A DNA stretch of 64,000 nt from Methanohalobium sp. (GTDB lineage: Archaea > Halobacteriota > Methanosarcinia > Methanosarcinales > Methanosarcinaceae): positions 18,860 to 82,859 of the forward strand of contig NZ_JAHENT010000161.1 in the NCBI RefSeq assembly GCF_018609725.1, in the 5' to 3' direction. This document shows, one piece after another, positions 59,733 to 64,000 of this stretch. The translations under genes were made by a program, and so were the position numbers. How positions within the stretch are numbered: the first letter of the stretch is position 1; each line of letters begins with the position of its first letter. Below the pieces are notes generated by a model. It was not told the origin of the DNA, ran no database searches, and was given only the letters and a program-made list of their open reading frames with translations.

Positions 59733-60590
59733 TTAAAGCCTTTGTGTTACACGTTCCCAGATATCCCTGATTGTCCTTGATAATTCACTATCAGAATACT
59801 CAATAATTGTTTTTTCCTGTATCATGGCTTCAACTGGTATAGTGTCGTAAGGTATCTTACCCACAACTTCCACCCCTTTTTCCCTGCAGTAATCTTCTAT
59901 AACTCGAGTATTTTCCACATTTATATCATATTTATTTATGCAGACAAGAGTTGGTATATCAAAATAATTCGTCACTTCCAAGATTCTTTTAAAATCATGA
60001 ATTCCTGATATACTAGGTTCTGTAACGACAAGAGTCATATTAACTCCTGTAATAGAAGAAATAACAGAACAACCTGTTCCTGGTGGCCCATCTATAAGGA
60101 TTAGATCACTATTATATTTTTCAACGAGTTCACTGGATGTGTTCCTAACAACAGTGACAAGTTTTCCACTTGCTTCTTCACCTGCTTTCAGGTTTGCATG
60201 ACTCATTGGTCCATATCTTGTTCTGGATTTATAATATTTGCCTGATATCCTGTCATTAAGAGATATCGCATTTTCTGGACATATATATTCACATACACCG
60301 CAACCTTCACAAATAAAAGTATTTACATTAAAATCCTCTGTGATAGCATCAAACCTGCAATAAGATTTACACAATCCACATTCTGTACAAAGATTATTGT
60401 TAACATAAGCCACCTTTGAACCTATGAAATCGAAAGTCTCCATTATTTCAGGGTTCAATATCAGATAAATATCTGCAGCATCCACATCACAATCAGATAT
60501 AACAGCATTCTCTGCAAGTGAAGCAAAAGCTGACGTGAGAGTGGTCTTCCCGGTTCCTCCTTTTCCGCTTATTACAGTAATTTGTTTCAT
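59733..60590 (-). CDS. MinD-superfamily P-loop ATPase with inserted 2x[4Fe-4S] ferredoxin domain
   Basis: SGKGGTGKTT, DCDVDA, CTECGLC..YC, CEGCGVC..IC, IDGPPG.GC. Confidence 0.92.
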   Translation of the reverse strand: MKQITVISGKGGTGKTTLTSAFASLAENAVISDCDVDAADIYLILNPEIMETFDFIGSKVAYVNNNLCTECGLCKSYCRFDAITEDFNVNTFICEGCGVCEYICPENAISLNDRISGKYYKSRTRYGPMSHANLKAGEEASGKLVTVVRNTSSELVEKYNSDLILIDGPPGTGCSVISSITGVNMTLVVTEPSISGIHDFKRILEVTNYFDIPTLVCINKYDINVENTRVIEDYCREKGVEVVGKIPYDTIPVEAMIQEKTIIEYSDSELSRTIRDIWERVTQRL

Positions 60591-60605
60591 ACTATTACCT
60601 TAACA

Positions 60606-61448
60606 TTAGTATTTATCAATTGGTTGTATACTCTCAAACATCTGTGCAAATTGTTTTTTCCATTTAGGCATTTTTTGTACAAACGGGGTTCCATTTGAAT
60701 ACAACTGTGCTATATTCTTATCATAAGGTATTTTCATCAAAACCGGAATATTTTCAGAATAGCAAAATTCCTCTACCTTACTATCACCAACATCACAACG
60801 ATTGATAATTATGCCAAAAGGAATGCCTAACTCTCGTACAACATCAACAGTGAGTAAGAGATCGTGGTACCCAAAAGGTGTAGGCTCTGTAACAAGGATA
60901 CAGTAGTCAGTATCTTCAAGGGTAGCTATTGCAGGACAAGCTGTTCCAGGAGGAGCATCAATTATTGTATTTTTATTTTTATTAATGTTTTTTTTAAGGT
61001 CTTTTATCACAGGTGATGCCATTGCCTCCCCTATATTTTGTTGACCCTGGAAAAACTCTAAATTTCTCTATTCAGTTTCTGATTTTTCAATTGTTCCAAT
61101 GCTTCGTTTTTCTTCGCCAATTGCGTCCATTGGGCAGACAATTCCACATCCACCGCATCCGTGGCAAAGAGTGTTGAAAAGCATTATATCCCCGGGCAAT
61201 ACTGCAATAGCATTAAACTGACAAAAATCCGCACATTTTCCACAAAAATTACATTTATTTTTGTCAATTACTGGTGTAAAAATATTAACATCATGTTTCT
61301 TTACAAGATTGTATCCAAGAAAAATATTACAATTGGGTTCTTCTACATCACAGTCAAGCAATTGGGCACCACCCAAAGAAAGTGCCAAATTAACTGAAAT
61401 CGTTGTTTTACCAGTACCCCCTTTCCCACTTGCTATTGCAATGTTCAT
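60606..61448 (-). CDS. Second MinD-ferredoxin ATPase, 280 codons with an in-frame TAG at 61068-61070 (Pyl readthrough or nonsense pseudogene)
   Basis: Track ORFs 61068..61448 and 60606..61022 are in the same frame, separated by TAG plus 15 sense codons (RNLEFFQGQQNIGEA). Confidence 0.8.
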
Positions 61449-61484
61449 GATATCTCCTTTTCTAAAATTTGAAAAATCTGGTTA

Positions 61485-61844
61485 TTAATGCTGATGCGAT
61501 TTACATGCATTTTCTTTTGTTGCCTCTTCCAGATTTCCAGTATTCCATGATTTAAGGGCGTCTTTTACTGTACCCTTTGCACCCACATATACATCTATAC
61601 AATAATTTTCAAACATGTTTATAGCTCTTGGACCAATTCCTGAGCATAACATTACTTCTACTCCTGATTCGGATAAAATTTCAGGAGGCTTCCTTGTACC
61701 TCCCATATGTTCCCCTATGTTTGGAAGTACTTCTACCGTGTCGGTCTCAGTATCTACAAGAGTATAATATGAGGCCCGTCCAAAATGTTCACATATTGAA
61801 GCCTCAAAACCTCCATTTTCGTTGGAAGGTATACATACTTTCAT
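61485..61844 (-). CDS. NifB/NifX-family Fe-Mo cluster-binding protein
   Basis: MKVCIPS, HFGRA.YY, LCSGIGPRA. Confidence 0.88.
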   Translation of the reverse strand: MKVCIPSNENGGFEASICEHFGRASYYTLVDTETDTVEVLPNIGEHMGGTRKPPEILSESGVEVMLCSGIGPRAINMFENYCIDVYVGAKGTVKDALKSWNTGNLEEATKENACKSHQH

Positions 61845-61848
61845 GAAA

Positions 61849-62226
61849 TCACCTATATGATCTATTAATTCCATTATGAGCTTTTACTGTTGGAACATCT
61901 GACTCGTCAAGCAATCCTGCTTTAAAATCATCGATTGCCTTTCTGATTGTACCTGCAGCTCCAGTATATACATTTATATTGGCTTTGGAAAGTACTGAAA
62001 ACGCATTAGGTCCCACATTACCAGTTATTAAAGCATCTATGTCCTTATCTACAATAGCCTGTGCAGCTTTTATACCCGCTCCTCCTAGTGTTGAATTACC
62101 GGAATTTTCGAATACTTCAAATTCCATTGATTCAGAATCTGCAAGAACAATATACTGGGACCTTCCAAATCTTGGGTCCAGTGGTTCATCCAGATTTTTA
62201 CCTTTAGCTGTAATACCTATTATCAT
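61849..62226 (-). CDS. NifB/NifX-family Fe-Mo cluster-binding protein
   Basis: DPRFGR, GAGIKAAQ, TGNVGPNAF. Confidence 0.88.
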   Translation of the reverse strand: MIIGITAKGKNLDEPLDPRFGRSQYIVLADSESMEFEVFENSGNSTLGGAGIKAAQAIVDKDIDALITGNVGPNAFSVLSKANINVYTGAAGTIRKAIDDFKAGLLDESDVPTVKAHNGINRSYR

Positions 62227-62349
62227 ATTTATACCTCAATTCCAATATAGAAGATTATTTTTCATATTTCACACATAAGTGATTAATTATATAAATATAA
62301 TTGATAATATTTATATATTTTCTCACATAAGAGATATTAAGGTGATAAT

Positions 62350-62658
62350 ATTCCAGGCAGACCCAAGTACCCCAGACGTGTTGAATATAAACCAAAAATT
62401 AACTATTTTAAACCCAGAGGAGTGCCCCTTTCAGAACTTGAGGTTGTATCTTTAGCAGTTGAAGAGGTTGAAGCTTTACGTCTGGTTGATTTAGAAGAAA
62501 TGCAACAGGAAGAAGCAGCCCAAAAAATGGGCATATCAAGACGTGCTTTCTGGGAAGACATCCAGAATGTAAGGAAAAAAATAGCGTTTGCATTGACCAA
62601 TGGTAAAGCAATAGAAATTAAAGGTGGGACTCATACTAACATAAATGATGATGAATAA
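62350..62658 (+). CDS. DUF134 HTH regulator, apparent ATT start
   Basis: [37 protein letters not shown]; conserved N-terminus lies upstream of the GTG at 62422. Confidence 0.85.
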   Translation: MPGRPKYPRRVEYKPKINYFKPRGVPLSELEVVSLAVEEVEALRLVDLEEMQQEEAAQKMGISRRAFWEDIQNVRKKIAFALTNGKAIEIKGGTHTNINDDE

Positions 62659-62688
62659 TCATAAATTCCTATAAAGGGGAGAGGTTGT

Positions 62689-63576
62689 ATGCCTAAAGAA
62701 TTTATACCAACTGAAGATATTAAAAAAAGCAGCCCAGAAGAAGCAAAAAGTAAAGAGCAACAATCACAGTCACAACCCCAAACTCTGAGTCTGGAAGGGG
62801 TTAAACATAAAATAATGATAATGAGCGGTAAAGGTGGTGTAGGGAAAAGTACAATCGCCGCATTCCTTGCATCAAGTCTTTCTAAACGCGGATACAGGGT
62901 TGGTTTACTGGACTCCGACATCCATGGACCCAGTATCCCAAAGATGTTTGGACTGGAAAATAAAAAACCAGAAATTGATGAAAAAGGTATTGTACCTATT
63001 CCTGTATCAAAGAATTTAAAAATTATGTCTATAGCATTTTTGCTTGAAGGCGAAGATTTTCCTGTTATCTGGCGAGGTCCCGCCAAAATGAGTGCTATAA
63101 AACAATTTTTACAGGAAGTTTCTTGGGGTGTACTGGATTTTCTTATAATTGACCTGCCACCAGGCACAGGTGATGAACCATTAAGTATTGCACAGCTGAT
63201 TCCAGAATTTGATGGTGCTATAGTTATTACAACACCACAGGATGTAGCTCTTACAAGTGTAAGAAAGTCAATAAACTTCTTGGACCTTGTTAATGTTCCT
63301 GTTCTTGGGCTGGTTGAAAATATGAGTGGAGTTATTTGTCCCAGCTGTGGTGATGAGATAGAAGTATTTGGTGGAGGTGGCGTTGAAAAAGCTGCATCAG
63401 ATTTTGGAATATCGGTACTTGCAGAATTACCCATTGAACCCCAAGTATCCCAAAAAGCCGACACAGGTGCTACCTATACCTATGAAGGAAATGAATCCGA
63501 GTGGGATAAGAGGTTCAGCAATGTTGTAGATACTATTGAAAAACTGGAAAATAATACTAAAAACGATGGAAACTAA
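62689..63576 (+). CDS. Mrp/NBP35 (ApbC) Fe-S cluster carrier ATPase
   Basis: GKGGVGKST, DSDIHGPSIP, IWRGP, DLPPGTGD, ENMS..CPSC. Confidence 0.94.
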   Translation: MPKEFIPTEDIKKSSPEEAKSKEQQSQSQPQTLSLEGVKHKIMIMSGKGGVGKSTIAAFLASSLSKRGYRVGLLDSDIHGPSIPKMFGLENKKPEIDEKGIVPIPVSKNLKIMSIAFLLEGEDFPVIWRGPAKMSAIKQFLQEVSWGVLDFLIIDLPPGTGDEPLSIAQLIPEFDGAIVITTPQDVALTSVRKSINFLDLVNVPVLGLVENMSGVICPSCGDEIEVFGGGGVEKAASDFGISVLAELPIEPQVSQKADTGATYTYEGNESEWDKRFSNVVDTIEKLENNTKNDGN

Positions 63577-63592
63577 ATATTAAAAGGGGGTC

Positions 63593-64000
63593 ATGATTAT
63601 GAATTATGCCAAAGCAAGTCAAAAACTTGTTGACTTACTTAATCTAAGGGGTAAGCCCGTTGCAGTCTCATTGTTAAAACAAGAAGAAGACATTCCACAC
63701 GGTTTGGAGGAAGTTTCAAACCCTGAAAGATACTGTCAGATGTTGCAGAAAGCCCGGTTAAATGAAATCACAAGTTTTGCAACTATAGATAAACATGCAT
63801 GCAAAGGTGGTGCTGCAGCAGTAGGTTTGCAGGATTATCCTGACAAACTCAAAAGCGGGAAATTGTATGTAGACAAACTTGGAAAAGAGGTTTCATACAG
63901 CGTTGCCAAGCGTGTGGTTGAAAATATGCCAAGACCAGAGCCAGGATCCACAATTGCCACAGTTATTTCTCCATTGGATAATACAGCCACAAGGCCAGAT
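63593..64000 (+). CDS. DUF169 family protein, runs off the window end
   Basis: My translation MIMNYAKASQKLVDLLNLRGKPVAV..RYCQM..HACKGGAAAVGL.. Confidence 0.8.
   Translation, partial: MIMNYAKASQKLVDLLNLRGKPVAVSLLKQEEDIPHGLEEVSNPERYCQMLQKARLNEITSFATIDKHACKGGAAAVGLQDYPDKLKSGKLYVDKLGKEVSYSVAKRVVENMPRPEPGSTIATVISPLDNTATRPD

Noticed and set aside
10-63464. Numerous antisense or overlapping ORFs in the track (e.g. 4584..5156, 31341..31730, 54235..54756, 62631..63464)
   Set aside because: They are shadows of well-supported genes on the other strand or frame, with no recognisable motifs
1-64000. CRISPR array or cas genes
   Set aside because: No regularly spaced repeat-spacer units seen; the HNH/RuvC protein has IscB size and an omegaRNA, not Cas9 features

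Overview
Low-GC archaeal chromosome segment. Gene content (cofE, ycaO-tfuA, NrpRII, second RFC small subunit, AcnX/UbiD mevalonate genes, PGF-CTERM cytochrome) points to a halophilic Methanosarcinaceae methanogen; Methanohalobium-like is my inference only. About 65 mostly housekeeping genes, tRNA-Thr(TGT) and a C/D-box sRNA are interspersed with many IS200/IS605-superfamily elements. Highlights: (1) an intact iscB + omegaRNA element inserted precisely inside an older iscB gene, so its guide is iscB sequence; (2) two copies of an ORF-less IS605-type element carrying a TATA promoter and a conserved ~215-nt structured RNA with variable 3' flanks, resembling a stand-alone guide-RNA cassette; (3) an operon of four minimal Cys-Cys-Pro-Val alpha-crystallin proteins plus a CxxDxxC ferredoxin, divergent from a DtxR regulator and metal ABC transporter; (4) a PGF-CTERM octaheme cytochrome with CxxCK at heme 4; (5) an in-frame TAG inside a MinD-ferredoxin ATPase, in a window where no gene I accepted ends in TAG (candidate pyrrolysine); (6) an IS1182 inserted into the loop of an IS605 right-end hairpin; (7) two genes that appear to need ATA/ATT starts. 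All calls come from manual reading; no database searches or folding programs were run.
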